Assembly (NCBI GenBank): GCA_013360215.1
Contig: JABWCP010000003.1
Span: forward strand, 62,001 to 126,000
Direction: 5' to 3'
Length of the DNA: 64,000 bases
Source of the DNA: a bacterium
GTDB taxonomy: Bacteria > CLD3 > SB21
Below, one piece after another: positions 9,723 through 20,758 of this stretch. The notes beneath the pieces are model-generated. The model was given only the letters and a program-made list of their open reading frames with translations. It had not been told where the DNA came from and searched no databases. A program made the position numbers and the translations under genes. Within the stretch, counting starts at the first letter, position 1; every line of letters starts with the position of its first letter.

Positions 9723-9906
9723 AAAAATACCTTTTGGATATTGCGCGGAGGGTTTTACTTATACGAAGATAAATATAATCAGTTGTACACTGTAAAAGCA
9801 AGCGCATTTAAGCTTCTTTGCCTATAAAAAATTATCATTTGCCTATCGTTTATACCGTGGCTACATTAGCTCGTTCACCCCAATGAACGGAAAGTGAGGT
9901 TCGGAT

Positions 9907-10971
9907 TTGATCCTTGCTACACAAAGCTCTACGCGTTTCCTTTTATTAATATGCTTTTTTTATGGCATGCCCACTGTAGCAGCGTGGGGACAGTTGCGTC
10001 TGGAGCTCGGCTTTGACCGCAAAAATGATCTTTTGTGGGCCACAGACCCGGGTATGGAAAAAGCCACATACTCTAATCTTGATATCGAAACGTGGGGCGA
10101 TTTCACGTTACGCAATGATTTACCGCAAAGTCCGGGCGGCGGAAGCTATATTTCACTAAACGGTATCCAGCAATATCTTCAAATCCCTGAACGCGCCGGC
10201 CTTCAGGTTTCCGGTAATATATCTTTTTCGATATCTATGTGGCTCCGTGTTCCTGCCGGCACACAAAACGGTGATATTATCAGCAGCGACAACGGTTTCA
10301 TCAATGGCTATCGTTTATTTTTGGATGACGGCATGATCCGTTTTGAAATTCGGGACGGTACCAAAGAGATTTTTTCGTCCAATCGCTTGCTCATGCCTAA
10401 TCAGTGGCAACATATCGGTGTAGTTTGCGACGGGCTCGGCGACTCGGTTACTTTTTTTGTAAACGGAGCATCCGTTGCTTCCCATCCTTTTACACGCGTA
10501 GTACAGGTACAGTCCGGAACACAAACCTATATAGGCACGCGTGCCGAATCTTCATTTCCCAATTATTTGTACGGCGATATCGATGATTTTCGTTTCTTTT
10601 CAGGCCATGACACGATTTTCGAATATATACGCACTATGCCGGAGCACGATCTACAGCGCCCATCTCTCAAGCGCACCAAAACAATCACACCGTCATATTT
10701 TACGTTGTACCAAAATTATCCCAACCCGTTTAATATGGCCACTCGGATTGATTTTGAAATGATACGGCCCGGAAGCGCTGAACTCCAGATATATGATTTG
10801 CTGGGCAATATGATGAAACCAATCTTCACCGGCGAACTTTCGGCGGGGCGTCATACCTATACTTGGGATGGCACAGATAACAATAACACACCGGTATCCA
10901 GCGGCATTTATTTTGCCCGCCTTACCGTGAACGGTATTGTACAAACAAAAAAGATGGTGTTAATCAAATAA
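9907..10971 (+). CDS. Secreted LamG-like jellyroll protein with C-terminal T9SS/FlgD-like domain
   Basis: Signal-like N-terminus; FSISMW, NQWQHIGVV and GDIDDFRF (LamG); QNYPNPFN...WDG...SSGIYFARL...KKMVLIK. Confidence 0.85.
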   Translation: MILATQSSTRFLLLICFFYGMPTVAAWGQLRLELGFDRKNDLLWATDPGMEKATYSNLDIETWGDFTLRNDLPQSPGGGSYISLNGIQQYLQIPERAGLQVSGNISFSISMWLRVPAGTQNGDIISSDNGFINGYRLFLDDGMIRFEIRDGTKEIFSSNRLLMPNQWQHIGVVCDGLGDSVTFFVNGASVASHPFTRVVQVQSGTQTYIGTRAESSFPNYLYGDIDDFRFFSGHDTIFEYIRTMPEHDLQRPSLKRTKTITPSYFTLYQNYPNPFNMATRIDFEMIRPGSAELQIYDLLGNMMKPIFTGELSAGRHTYTWDGTDNNNTPVSSGIYFARLTVNGIVQTKKMVLIK

Positions 10972-10975
10972 ATCG

Positions 10976-11665
10976 CTACGGAACGAATTTGTAACCGACA
11001 CCGTGCACTGAAATAATATGCGTCGGATCTTTGGGGTTTATTTCAAAATAGTTACGCAAACGTACGATAAAGTTATCTACCGTTCGCGTTGAAGGTATCG
11101 CCTCGTAACCCCATACTTTCGTTAATATCTCCTCGCGCGTCACGACTTGCTCCTGACGTTCGATCAGTAGTTTCATCAGCATGCATTCCTTAGGCGTCAG
11201 TTGTATTTTTTTTCCCCGCGCGACAGCTATGTAGTTTTCAAAATCAATTTCATTTTTATCAAAACTAAATTTACTTGTTGATGATTCATTGACGGCATTA
11301 CGGCGCTTAAGTAAAGCTTTGACACGCAATAAAAATTCGTCCAACTCAAACGGTTTACCTAAATAATCATCGGCACCGAGTTTTAGGCCTTCGATACGAT
11401 CACGCGCATCACCTTTGGCGGTCAAAAAAAGTATGGCCGTTTCCGAATCCGTTTTTCGGATTTCGGCACAAACATCGTAACCGCTCTTTTTGGGCAGCAT
11501 GACATCCAAAACAATCAAATCAAACTTATTTTTTTTCCATTGCACTAACGCATCCTCACCGGTTTGAGCCCAGATAACATTGTACTCAGTCTCTAAATTG
11601 AACTGCAATGATTCCGCAATATGGGTTTCGTCTTCGACCAATAGGATTTGCGATTTATTCGTCAT
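10976..11665 (-). CDS. OmpR/PhoB family response regulator
   Basis: LLVEDE, LDVMLP, GADDYLGKPF; winged helix TRTVDNFIVRLR...GVGYKF. Confidence 0.96.
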   Translation of the reverse strand: MTNKSQILLVEDETHIAESLQFNLETEYNVIWAQTGEDALVQWKKNKFDLIVLDVMLPKKSGYDVCAEIRKTDSETAILFLTAKGDARDRIEGLKLGADDYLGKPFELDEFLLRVKALLKRRNAVNESSTSKFSFDKNEIDFENYIAVARGKKIQLTPKECMLMKLLIERQEQVVTREEILTKVWGYEAIPSTRTVDNFIVRLRNYFEINPKDPTHIISVHGVGYKFVP

Positions 11666-11678
11666 ATTTTATATCCCT

Positions 11679-12944
11679 TTATTTTGTAAGCGATGGAATA
11701 CTAACCGTAAAAACAGTGCCACCTTCCGTTGCCGATTGACAATCAATCGTTCCTCGGTGAGCTTCTACGATGCGTTTTACGATATACAAACCCAATCCGG
11801 TTCCTTTCGTGGTTCGTGTCATCTCATCACCCGCCCTGTAAAAACGTTCGAATACTTTTTTACGATCCTCGGGCGCTACGCCCGGGCCATTATCGGTTAC
11901 GGTTAATACCGCGCGGTCGCCTATCATAGACAGTAAGACATTAACCTGTTTAGGTGTTTGCGAATATTTTACGGCATTTTCGATAAGATTATTGACTACG
12001 GAAATCATGGCATGCGCATCGGCGTGAATGTTAATATCGGACGCAATGTTACCTGAAAACGAAATAACGCTTTCCGTATCGGATGTTTTCCATTTATCTA
12101 AAACGGATTTAACCAGCTGCGCCATATCAAGCGTACCCATCTGATAATCATAATCATTACGTTCAATACGGGCGGCATCCAAAACATTTTCCACTAAGCG
12201 TTGTAAACGTTCCACATCGGCAAGGGAGTGTTGAACAAACTGTTCCCTGCGTTCTTCGGTAATCAGCCGTCGTTGAAGCGTTTGCAAATACAGTTTGATC
12301 GAAGAAAGCGGCGAACGTAATTCATGCGTCATGCTCAGGATAAAATTTTTCTGGTGCTCCTGTAATTGTAACTCGCGCCGGAATGCGGCATATAAAAAAT
12401 AAATCGCAATCATCACCATCAAGGCAAAAAAACTTCCTTCCGATAAAAACATGACGGTCCGGCGGTCCATCTGCTCCTGTAAATTATCTTCGGCTTTGTA
12501 TTTAGGAATCACCGTTAAGGGCAATTCCAAATAGGTTACCGGTGTAGAACTGATCGGAGGGTTTTTTTGCAGTATAAATCCGCTATCCGACGCGGCTAAT
12601 TTTTGTTCTAGAAACGGCCAATTAATCGGAAAAAAATAAATCAGATCCTGATAGCGAAGGAATATCGTATCGGGTGTAACCACGAAATGTGAACGCGGCC
12701 AATCATTTTCTTGAGCATGACGAAGTATATGCAAGGGGTGGTTCAACGATCCTTGTATCAGATCGCGGTATTCCAATGTCAGAAAACGACGCAACTCCGA
12801 TGCTTTACTGCTTATCATCTTTTTATGCAAATTCATCACGGTACGATTTTGCTGTACCTGAAAATACATCCACCAAAAAATCTGGGCCAGGCACAGAAGC
12901 ACGATAACGATAAAAATAACTATGGTTTTCTTTTGTAGTTTCAC
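11679..12944 (-). CDS. Membrane sensor histidine kinase
   Basis: Two TM segments, THELRSPL H-box, NLIENAVKYS, DNGPG, FERFYR, GTGLGL. Confidence 0.95.
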   Translation of the reverse strand: MKLQKKTIVIFIVIVLLCLAQIFWWMYFQVQQNRTVMNLHKKMISSKASELRRFLTLEYRDLIQGSLNHPLHILRHAQENDWPRSHFVVTPDTIFLRYQDLIYFFPINWPFLEQKLAASDSGFILQKNPPISSTPVTYLELPLTVIPKYKAEDNLQEQMDRRTVMFLSEGSFFALMVMIAIYFLYAAFRRELQLQEHQKNFILSMTHELRSPLSSIKLYLQTLQRRLITEERREQFVQHSLADVERLQRLVENVLDAARIERNDYDYQMGTLDMAQLVKSVLDKWKTSDTESVISFSGNIASDINIHADAHAMISVVNNLIENAVKYSQTPKQVNVLLSMIGDRAVLTVTDNGPGVAPEDRKKVFERFYRAGDEMTRTTKGTGLGLYIVKRIVEAHRGTIDCQSATEGGTVFTVSIPSLTK

Positions 12945-12952
12945 GGCGGTAT

Positions 12953-15373
12953 TTACAAGGTTTGTTTATCTTTAAGCAGGGCTTCGTAAGCCGCTTTTAT
13001 TTCTTTAAAACGTTCATCACCGACGATACCTGTATCATCGGCGGCGTTTGCATCCGGATGGTATATCATGCTCAGTTTGCGATATACGGCTTTGATTTGA
13101 TCAATGCTCGCATCCTCTTTGACGCCAAGTATATCATAATACGAACGGTGCGCCTTACTGGCCGATGAGGGGTGAACTCCGCCCAATCGCATAGCTTCTT
13201 CAACAAATGATTTGATCTGTTCAACCTGCGGCGTTACCTCGGTGACGGACAGTTGACCGTTTTCAAAACCGGACTTGAGCACCTGAAGCTCCGAACGAAA
13301 ATCCATAACGGCCATAATAATATCTGCACTGGAGTGACCGGCAAGCGCTTCGATGATACAAGCTTCCGTTTCTTGTATCAACGTTATCACCGTCGTTTCG
13401 CGTTGTGTTTGCAACCGTTGACGCAAATCACGAGTATTGCGCTGAATATCATCCGCTATTTCTTTGGCCATGACATAATGCTTTTGAACTAAAGCGTCTT
13501 GAGCACGTTCTAAATAAAAGCGATACTCGGAAATTTCTTTTGGAAATGAAGCGCCGTCTTCAGATTCAGAAAAACTTTTCAAATCTAGTTCAGCATTGGA
13601 CACTTCAAGCAACGCTTCTTTGCGCAACTGCTTATAACGCTCCGCGGACTCCTTGGCACGGATCGCCAGACGCACCACTTCGGCTGATAATGACTCACAT
13701 AAATCATACTGCATTTCAGCAAAAGCCCTCTGCAAAGCGGAGAATTTTTCCAAGGCGGATTTAAAATCTTCCGGTGCGATCATTTCGGCTTCAGCCGTAC
13801 GTGCCAATACGATGTTTTCATCGGCATCATCCACCCACCACTGCGCCTGTCGGCGCAACTCCTGACGACGTGATCGCTTACGCATATAAAAAATAAGGAC
13901 GGCCAAAACCAAACATCCGGAAACAGCCACAAAAGTGAAACGAATATTGATCCAGCGCGACTCTTCTTCTATTTCTTGTTTGAGTTCTAATGCGTCGGCA
14001 AATTCGGGATCAAATCCTAATGCCATATCGAGAAACCCCCGCGCAATGCGATAACTGTCTTTTTCATACTCCGTACGCGCATTTTTGGTGTACATATCGG
14101 CAAGTTGACTGGCTGCCCGTTTATGTAGTGATTTCCCTTCCGTATCGGTTTTATCAATTTCTAATATCTCTTTCGCATTTTGGAAAGCCTGATACCAATT
14201 TTCTTTAGCCAGGTCTTTGGCGGCCTGTGTTTTGAGGTAATCAAGACGTGTTTTTTTATCGCTACGAACATAATCATAATGCGAGCCAATAGACAATCGG
14301 TCTTCGCCGGCCATATATATTTTGGATGTCGTATCAATTCTAAAGTCTGAACTCGCCGCATTCAAAAACATCGGATCATGACTCACATCGGTTCGATGCG
14401 CTTCGATGCCTTCATATAGTACGCCATTATTCCACAAATTATTATTGGATAGCAAAGCAAGAGCGCCTTGTTTTTGCCCGATACCGATACGATTCCACAC
14501 TACATTATTATTGATCAAGGCCAGGCCCGATGCATTTCTTATCAAAACACCATAACCGATTTCCTTTTCAGCATACCGGCTCGTATCATTTTTATGAAGG
14601 ACTATGGTATTATTCCGTATTAACGGATTGGACTGCCCGTCAATAGTGATTCCATTTTCACCATTGCGATAGATGGTATTGCCTATGACTTTCCCGACAG
14701 ATCCGAGATGAATCAATAAACCGTCTTTTTTGTTATCACGGATAATATTGCGTTCAATCAGCGGCGATGATTTATCACTGACGCTAATTCCGGAAGCTTC
14801 GTTTTGATAAATAAAGGACTGTGTGATCGTACCTTGACTTCGGTCTGATACACTGATACCGTAACCGGTATTATCGCTGATACTGCACTCGCGTAATATG
14901 ACTGTGCTATTGCTTTTCATTTCCACGCCTACGGCGCCGCGCCTGAAAGCCACGCGATCGGCTGAAAAATTGGAATACCGTGCCAGCAAAACAGGAAAAG
15001 CCGTAGATTGATCAAATTCAAAACTCAAATCGCGAAGCCGAAGTGAACTTATGTTGTAGGCTTGAATGACGGGTGCCGTTGGTGATCCGATCACGAGTGT
15101 TCGTCCCGCAGGATCGCCTTCAAGGGATATAAAATTCCTCAGGATTAGATTCTCTCTATATATCCCGGCTTTGATGCGTATAATCGAATTCAGTTCCGAT
15201 TTATCAATCGCTTCTTGTATAGTGCGATAGCGCCCCGCGCCATCCGAAGCAACAGCATAAGGTCTCTGTACCACCGGTCTCCTCGTAGAACGGGAAACTT
15301 GACCGTTCACCTGCGTCCAGAGAAGAAAGACCGATACACAGGTAACACATATTATTTTTGATATAAAAGGCAT
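12953..15373 (-). CDS. Signal peptide + right-handed beta-helix + TPR + single TM + helical repeats + C-terminal DnaJ domain protein
   Basis: [14 protein letters not shown]...GIYRENL beta-helix cap, repeated N...GI/GL strands, TPR-like helices, [20 protein letters not shown] followed by RKRSRR, and J-domain YYDILGV...[11 protein letters not shown]...[11 protein letters not shown]. Confidence 0.85.
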   Translation of the reverse strand: MPFISKIICVTCVSVFLLWTQVNGQVSRSTRRPVVQRPYAVASDGAGRYRTIQEAIDKSELNSIIRIKAGIYRENLILRNFISLEGDPAGRTLVIGSPTAPVIQAYNISSLRLRDLSFEFDQSTAFPVLLARYSNFSADRVAFRRGAVGVEMKSNSTVILRECSISDNTGYGISVSDRSQGTITQSFIYQNEASGISVSDKSSPLIERNIIRDNKKDGLLIHLGSVGKVIGNTIYRNGENGITIDGQSNPLIRNNTIVLHKNDTSRYAEKEIGYGVLIRNASGLALINNNVVWNRIGIGQKQGALALLSNNNLWNNGVLYEGIEAHRTDVSHDPMFLNAASSDFRIDTTSKIYMAGEDRLSIGSHYDYVRSDKKTRLDYLKTQAAKDLAKENWYQAFQNAKEILEIDKTDTEGKSLHKRAASQLADMYTKNARTEYEKDSYRIARGFLDMALGFDPEFADALELKQEIEEESRWINIRFTFVAVSGCLVLAVLIFYMRKRSRRQELRRQAQWWVDDADENIVLARTAEAEMIAPEDFKSALEKFSALQRAFAEMQYDLCESLSAEVVRLAIRAKESAERYKQLRKEALLEVSNAELDLKSFSESEDGASFPKEISEYRFYLERAQDALVQKHYVMAKEIADDIQRNTRDLRQRLQTQRETTVITLIQETEACIIEALAGHSSADIIMAVMDFRSELQVLKSGFENGQLSVTEVTPQVEQIKSFVEEAMRLGGVHPSSASKAHRSYYDILGVKEDASIDQIKAVYRKLSMIYHPDANAADDTGIVGDERFKEIKAAYEALLKDKQTL

Positions 15374-15479
15374 ATGGTTTGTAATGTAAATCAAAATTTT
15401 CTGACATTCACCAAAAATGGTAAACCCTCATTAAACGGCAACTTAATGAGGGTTCAGTGAAACAATGTATACTGTTTGA

Positions 15480-16778
15480 TTACTGTCGGGAATGAATCGG
15501 TCCGTTTTCCAAATTAAGTACACCTCTAGGACACACCGCTGAACATATTCCGCACCCGACGCACGAAGCTCGCACGATATTCTGTCCACGCTGAGCGTAG
15601 GAGCGAACATCAATTCCCATTTCACAATACGTCGAACAATTACCGCAACTAATACATTGTCCGCCATTGGTGGTGATCCGAAAACGAGAAAAGTATTTTT
15701 GCAGTATGCCGAGATAGGCGGCCATAGGGCAACCAAAGCGGCACCATACGCGACTGCCCATCAAAGGATAAAAACCGACGCCGATCACACCGGAAAATAA
15801 TGCGCCGATAACAAATCCGTACACATTCGAAAAAGACGCAGATACACTTCCAAGCATAAGGCCATTGGATAAACTATTAATCCAAACAACCGCAGTTGTG
15901 ATCACTACAAAAGCTAAAACACCATAAACCGAATACCGTTCGATCTTCCACGAGCGCAACGATTTATCGGATAAATGCCTGTAAGGATCACCCAGAGTCT
16001 CCGCTAAACCACCACAGCCGCAAACCCATGAACAATACCACCGTTTCCCGAAAAAATATGTAAGTATGGGCGTTGCAATAAAACTCATCACGGCGCCCCA
16101 AAACACCATAAATGTACCAAGCCCTCCGGGTTGTGATACTAACCAGTTAATGTCATTAGGAAACAAATAATTGTATTTCAGAGGCCAGAAATATGAAAAA
16201 TAAAACTCGGGTTGATTGAATTTTTGAAGTAATCCGGGTAAGAGAAATGCAAAACCTAGTTGAAAAAAAATTACTGAAACGGTTCGGATCAGTTGGTAAC
16301 GGCTATGCCTGTTTTTCGCCATCATACGCAAACCCATTATCATCACAGCCAGCGTATAATAGAATCCGTAAAGAAACCATTGATCAGCAGGTTTATTTCT
16401 TAGAATGCCACTCAACCAATCTGTCGTACGTATCAGGTACTCTAAGCGTTCAGGAAACCAGTAAAGTACTACATAAAATCCGGTAAAAAATACGGCGGCA
16501 ATCCATCCCCATACCCCGCGGTTGACGAAGGAATTAAAAAAAATTCGATCATGTTTTATACCGGGTTTTCTGTCATACCACATGGGCATGATGTAGGCTA
16601 ATGCTCCTATAGTTATAAGCCCACTGGAAAGTAAAAACATCCCGATTGGATATTGTTCGGATATCGGACTTAAAGCAACGCCAAGCATCAAAAAACCTAT
16701 AGCGACAAAAGCGAGAGATAACTTTTGATGCAATCTTAGCGTAACAAGGGGTATCTGAATCGGAACGGGTTGATTCAT
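15480..16778 (-). CDS. Polytopic membrane 4Fe-4S protein (NapH/MauN-like polyferredoxin)
   Basis: Many TM segments; WYCSWVCGCG, WCRFGCP, CISCGNCSTYC, CVGCGICSAVCP. Confidence 0.88.
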   Translation of the reverse strand: MNQPVPIQIPLVTLRLHQKLSLAFVAIGFLMLGVALSPISEQYPIGMFLLSSGLITIGALAYIMPMWYDRKPGIKHDRIFFNSFVNRGVWGWIAAVFFTGFYVVLYWFPERLEYLIRTTDWLSGILRNKPADQWFLYGFYYTLAVMIMGLRMMAKNRHSRYQLIRTVSVIFFQLGFAFLLPGLLQKFNQPEFYFSYFWPLKYNYLFPNDINWLVSQPGGLGTFMVFWGAVMSFIATPILTYFFGKRWYCSWVCGCGGLAETLGDPYRHLSDKSLRSWKIERYSVYGVLAFVVITTAVVWINSLSNGLMLGSVSASFSNVYGFVIGALFSGVIGVGFYPLMGSRVWCRFGCPMAAYLGILQKYFSRFRITTNGGQCISCGNCSTYCEMGIDVRSYAQRGQNIVRASCVGCGICSAVCPRGVLNLENGPIHSRQ

Positions 16779-16808
16779 AGGGGGATGATCTATGTAAGAT
16801 TTAATAAT

Positions 16809-18140
16809 TTATCGTACAATGAAGTGAAGGCCGCGCTGGACCTGCAAAAGAAGATTTTGTGCAGGATACCTTCGGTTGTATTCGGCAATGATATGCGACT
16901 CGTACTGCATAAAAAATTCGGGGTCGCAATTAGCTTCGCCCAAATTTTGTAGAACATAGTCGATCGTTCGGCTTTCTTTTATCCAACGTTGACATACATT
17001 TTGTCTGTAGCGTATCCCCATCAGATTAAATCCGATTACAATCCGGTTATCTTTTCGAAAAACAATTCGGATACCATGCTGTCCGTCAGGATGTTCCCAC
17101 CAGAGATGCTCTTCGCCGTCACGGGGTACGTTCGGCACTACACCATATGTCTGATATTCGATGTCAAAAAATTTAGCCGAGTTAAACCAAATCCCACGAT
17201 CATAAGCTTGGCGTTCACCCGTCAAAACACGCGCCAACGCTTCACCTTGCATGCGACCCGTGTACCAAAGTTGTTCAATTTTGGGATGCGCAGGCTTGGG
17301 TTCTATGAACTCCGCACAATCACCGGCGGCATAAATATCAGCAATCGGCGTTTCCAAAAATTGATTGACCAACACACCGCGATTCAGCGGAATTCCGGAA
17401 GTACGTAAAAATTCAATATTAGGTTTTACACCGGCCGTCAAACCAACAAACTCGCATGGTATAACTTCTCCGGACTTAGTTACAACCGCATCCACGCGAC
17501 CTTTATCGTTGCCACGAATCTCCTGAAGTTCGGTATTCAATCGCAAATCTACGTGATGCGCACGGATGTGACGATTAATCATATCCGATTCTTCCGCCGG
17601 CAAAATATTATTCCAGTAAGATTTTTCTCGTACAAGGAAAGTCACGTGAATGCCGCGAGAGATCAGCATTTCGGCCATCTCGATACCGATCAAACCTCCT
17701 CCCACGATCACAGCACGCTTTACCGACTTGGTGTTTCGCTCCATCAGTTCAAGATCTTGCAAAGAAAATAGTCCCTGCACACCTTGAAGATTTTGACCCG
17801 GCCAGCCGAATGTTTGATAGACAGATCCGGTGGCAATAACTAATTTATCGTACTTCATGGTCTCGCCGTTTTTCAGGTAAATCTGTTTTTCGGCAGGTAC
17901 GACGCGTTCGACTAATCCACGCCTGAGTTGGATTTCATTTTTTTTCCAAAAATCATCTTCATAGGGCTTAGTGTGCTCGTACTTCATGTGCCCCATATAG
18001 ATATACATCAGTGCCGTACGGGAAAAAAAATAATCACTTTCACCGGAAATAATAGTAATCGGTTGATCGTTGCGTTTACGGACATGGCGAGCTACGGTAG
18101 TACCGGCTATACCATTACCGATAATAATAATTTGGGACAT
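16809..18140 (-). CDS. FAD-dependent NAD(P)H oxidoreductase (pyridine nucleotide-disulfide/rubredoxin reductase family)
   Basis: IIGNGIAG, IATGS, VGGGLIGIE, IYAAGDCA. Confidence 0.9.
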   Translation of the reverse strand: MSQIIIIGNGIAGTTVARHVRKRNDQPITIISGESDYFFSRTALMYIYMGHMKYEHTKPYEDDFWKKNEIQLRRGLVERVVPAEKQIYLKNGETMKYDKLVIATGSVYQTFGWPGQNLQGVQGLFSLQDLELMERNTKSVKRAVIVGGGLIGIEMAEMLISRGIHVTFLVREKSYWNNILPAEESDMINRHIRAHHVDLRLNTELQEIRGNDKGRVDAVVTKSGEVIPCEFVGLTAGVKPNIEFLRTSGIPLNRGVLVNQFLETPIADIYAAGDCAEFIEPKPAHPKIEQLWYTGRMQGEALARVLTGERQAYDRGIWFNSAKFFDIEYQTYGVVPNVPRDGEEHLWWEHPDGQHGIRIVFRKDNRIVIGFNLMGIRYRQNVCQRWIKESRTIDYVLQNLGEANCDPEFFMQYESHIIAEYNRRYPAQNLLLQVQRGLHFIVR

Positions 18141-18160
18141 AATGGATTTATTAAAACGGG

Positions 18161-18340
18161 TTATGCGTTGCCCGTATTACGTTTTTTTCGTTTATGGGCA
18201 ATATGTTTTCGTTCACTAGGGCTGACATAGTTTGATTTTTCGATACATGTTTGAATAATCCGCGCCTTGCGCACTTCTGTTTCAAAACGACGGATAGCTT
18301 TCTCAATGGGTTCGTTCTTCCGAACAATCGTTGATAACAT
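18161..18340 (-). CDS. rpsU: 30S ribosomal protein bS21
   Basis: IVRKNEPIEKAIRRF...YVSPSERK, basic 59-aa protein. Confidence 0.85.
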   Translation of the reverse strand: MLSTIVRKNEPIEKAIRRFETEVRKARIIQTCIEKSNYVSPSERKHIAHKRKKRNTGNA

Positions 18341-18446
18341 GGTACACCTCACAGGTTAGATAGAAGGATATACCGCATATACGCAAACCCCTGGCCAAAG
18401 TTTCCGGTTGCTTCATGTAACTTACACTGTGAGTTTTTATTCCCTG

Positions 18447-20744
18447 TTATTTGATAAACAAAATCTTTCGAGAGTAGGTTTTCCCGTTAGCTACGACCGT
18501 TACGAAATATATACCGCTGGCTACTTTATTACCGTGCGTATTTTTTCCATTCCATTCACGCTTATATATCCCTGGCGAAAGTTGGCCGTTAACTAATCTA
18601 TGCACCAGGCCACCCCGCACATCGTATATACATGCTTTCACTTCCATCGTTTTATTTACTTTCATAACGATGCTGGTTCGTTCATCGAATGGGTTGGGGC
18701 TGTTGCAAAGTAGTTGGAGCGGGCTTTCTTCGTACACTGAAACGTTGATCTCAAATTTAACTGTATCGGCTCCGTCTATGTTGTAGGCACGCACTTCTAC
18801 GACATGAGTGCCTATATCCGTAACCCCCGGTTTCCACTGCACTATACCGGAAATCGAATCGCACTTCAGTGATGAGGGCCCTGATAATATTTGCCAACGC
18901 GGCGCAGGATTACCGTTGGCGATAAGACGATACGTCCATGACGAATCCGATCGAATTTTTTGTTTGTTTGGAATTTTTATGATTGGTTTTTGTGTACCGG
19001 CTCTATAGAATTCGATACCGCCTCGCAAATTACCGCACACTATATCTCTATCACCGTCATTATCCCAATCTAAAGCAAACGGCACAGCTTGGCCTGTCAC
19101 TTTAATAGTCGAAAACTTTCCTGCGATCTCCTGAAATACATTTGCATTCTGCCGCTCATAATAGCGTAGTGTTCCGTCTTTGTAGCCTACGATCAAATCT
19201 CGATCCGAATCACCATCCCAATCCAATAATATGGGGACGGCATCGGAAAGACCGTTTGCAGCGATTAATGTAACGGTTGCCGTAGAAAAATCAGGATTTA
19301 ACAGAGTGCCGTTATTAGATATGAGTTGAACTTCTCCACTCTCTTCTCCAATAATCAAATCCAGATCGCCGTCGCCCTCAAAATCTGATAAAAATGGCGA
19401 GCTATTATTGCCTATGTCCAAATTTGCATAAAATTGATTTTCTAATGTGAATTCCGGGCTCGTTGAGCTGCCAGTATTGCGGTAAAACATTATTTTACCG
19501 TCGAATTTTCCGACAAATAAATCCAAATCGCCGTCATTATCTATATCTCCTAAAGCAGGTGCCGTAATAAATTCATCTTGTGGTATTGTGACAAACCATG
19601 AAGAATTGCTTTGGAAAACCCCGTTGGCTGTCTGACGATAAAATAGGATCGCCCCGCTATAGCTACCAAGGATAATATCCAACCGGCCGTCGTTATCCAG
19701 ATCAGCCATTATGGGGTGGGCGTTACGACCGACATCAATGTTTTGTAATAGATTCTTTGTGATTAACTGAAATTGGGCCGATTGCGGTGTTCCTATGTTT
19801 CTATAATACCACAAATTATCCCGGTCTTCTTCACGGTATAGTACGCTTACCAAAAGATCACCGTCGCCGTCACCATCGGCGTCTACAAACGAAGGCATGT
19901 TGTATCCTAATGTTTTTAACTGCCGCGATGGGTAAGTAGATGTAGCCGTATCCGGAATAAAAGGATGCGCCGAATCGCCAAGATTTGGTAAAAAATACAA
20001 ACCCGTACTGAAGAAATCGCCCCAAAATAAATCCGGATCCCGATCATCATCTATATCAAAAAAACAAACTGCGCTTGCACCATGTCTTTGCTCTTCGCTT
20101 CGCTTAGCAGGGGTGATGATCGCAATATCTTGAAACGCATCAGTAATAAATTTTAATAAAAAACTGTGTTCGTTCCCCACATTTTCATAATACGACAGTG
20201 TTCCGACACTTCTACCAGAAAAAAAATCATAATCACCATCAGAGTCAATGTCTTTAAAAACGGGTACAGTCTGGTCTTCCGTTAAGACGGGTGCATTGAG
20301 GGTATCCAACACGGTTTCCGTTTGCAACACAAAATGTGCATTTACCGCGCTCCCTTCATTCTTATAGTAACCCATACGTGCACCGGAAACCCCACAAAAT
20401 AAATCCAAATCCCCATCCGCATCGGCATCAATAAAACGTACCCATTGATTCACTTCTAAACTGGCAAAATTATCCGTTATCCATAGCCACCGCAAAGGCC
20501 CTTCCACGCCGCTATTCATGTAATGCGTTATACGTCCATCGGTTTGTACGATGAACAAATCCGGATCACCATCCGAATCAATATCTGCAAACTCCGTCTT
20601 AGGTACATACATCCCGCCGTGCGATGCGTATGGGATCATGCCATCCTGATCGTAGAATGTCAACGCTTCGGTATCTTTGAAATAATTTTGCGAGTAAAGT
20701 ACGCCCGCCGCGCATAGAAGAAATAGAGAATATCTAACGATCAT
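18447..20744 (-). CDS. Secreted FG-GAP/VCBS-repeat beta-propeller protein with Ig-like and T9SS/FlgD-like C-terminal domains
   Basis: Signal peptide, about ten DxDxDGDxD motifs, putative Ig domain (GNPAP...GIVQWKP), NSPNPF...ASGIYFV...RKILFIK. Confidence 0.88.
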   Translation of the reverse strand: MIVRYSLFLLCAAGVLYSQNYFKDTEALTFYDQDGMIPYASHGGMYVPKTEFADIDSDGDPDLFIVQTDGRITHYMNSGVEGPLRWLWITDNFASLEVNQWVRFIDADADGDLDLFCGVSGARMGYYKNEGSAVNAHFVLQTETVLDTLNAPVLTEDQTVPVFKDIDSDGDYDFFSGRSVGTLSYYENVGNEHSFLLKFITDAFQDIAIITPAKRSEEQRHGASAVCFFDIDDDRDPDLFWGDFFSTGLYFLPNLGDSAHPFIPDTATSTYPSRQLKTLGYNMPSFVDADGDGDGDLLVSVLYREEDRDNLWYYRNIGTPQSAQFQLITKNLLQNIDVGRNAHPIMADLDNDGRLDIILGSYSGAILFYRQTANGVFQSNSSWFVTIPQDEFITAPALGDIDNDGDLDLFVGKFDGKIMFYRNTGSSTSPEFTLENQFYANLDIGNNSSPFLSDFEGDGDLDLIIGEESGEVQLISNNGTLLNPDFSTATVTLIAANGLSDAVPILLDWDGDSDRDLIVGYKDGTLRYYERQNANVFQEIAGKFSTIKVTGQAVPFALDWDNDGDRDIVCGNLRGGIEFYRAGTQKPIIKIPNKQKIRSDSSWTYRLIANGNPAPRWQILSGPSSLKCDSISGIVQWKPGVTDIGTHVVEVRAYNIDGADTVKFEINVSVYEESPLQLLCNSPNPFDERTSIVMKVNKTMEVKACIYDVRGGLVHRLVNGQLSPGIYKREWNGKNTHGNKVASGIYFVTVVANGKTYSRKILFIK

Positions 20745-20758
20745 AATGAGATAATAAG

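Noticed and set aside
9723-9906. CIRCE heat-shock operator upstream of hsp20-lon
   Set aside because: No TTAGCACTC-N9-GAGTGCTAA is present; only a short TTTGCCTAT direct repeat of unclear meaning.
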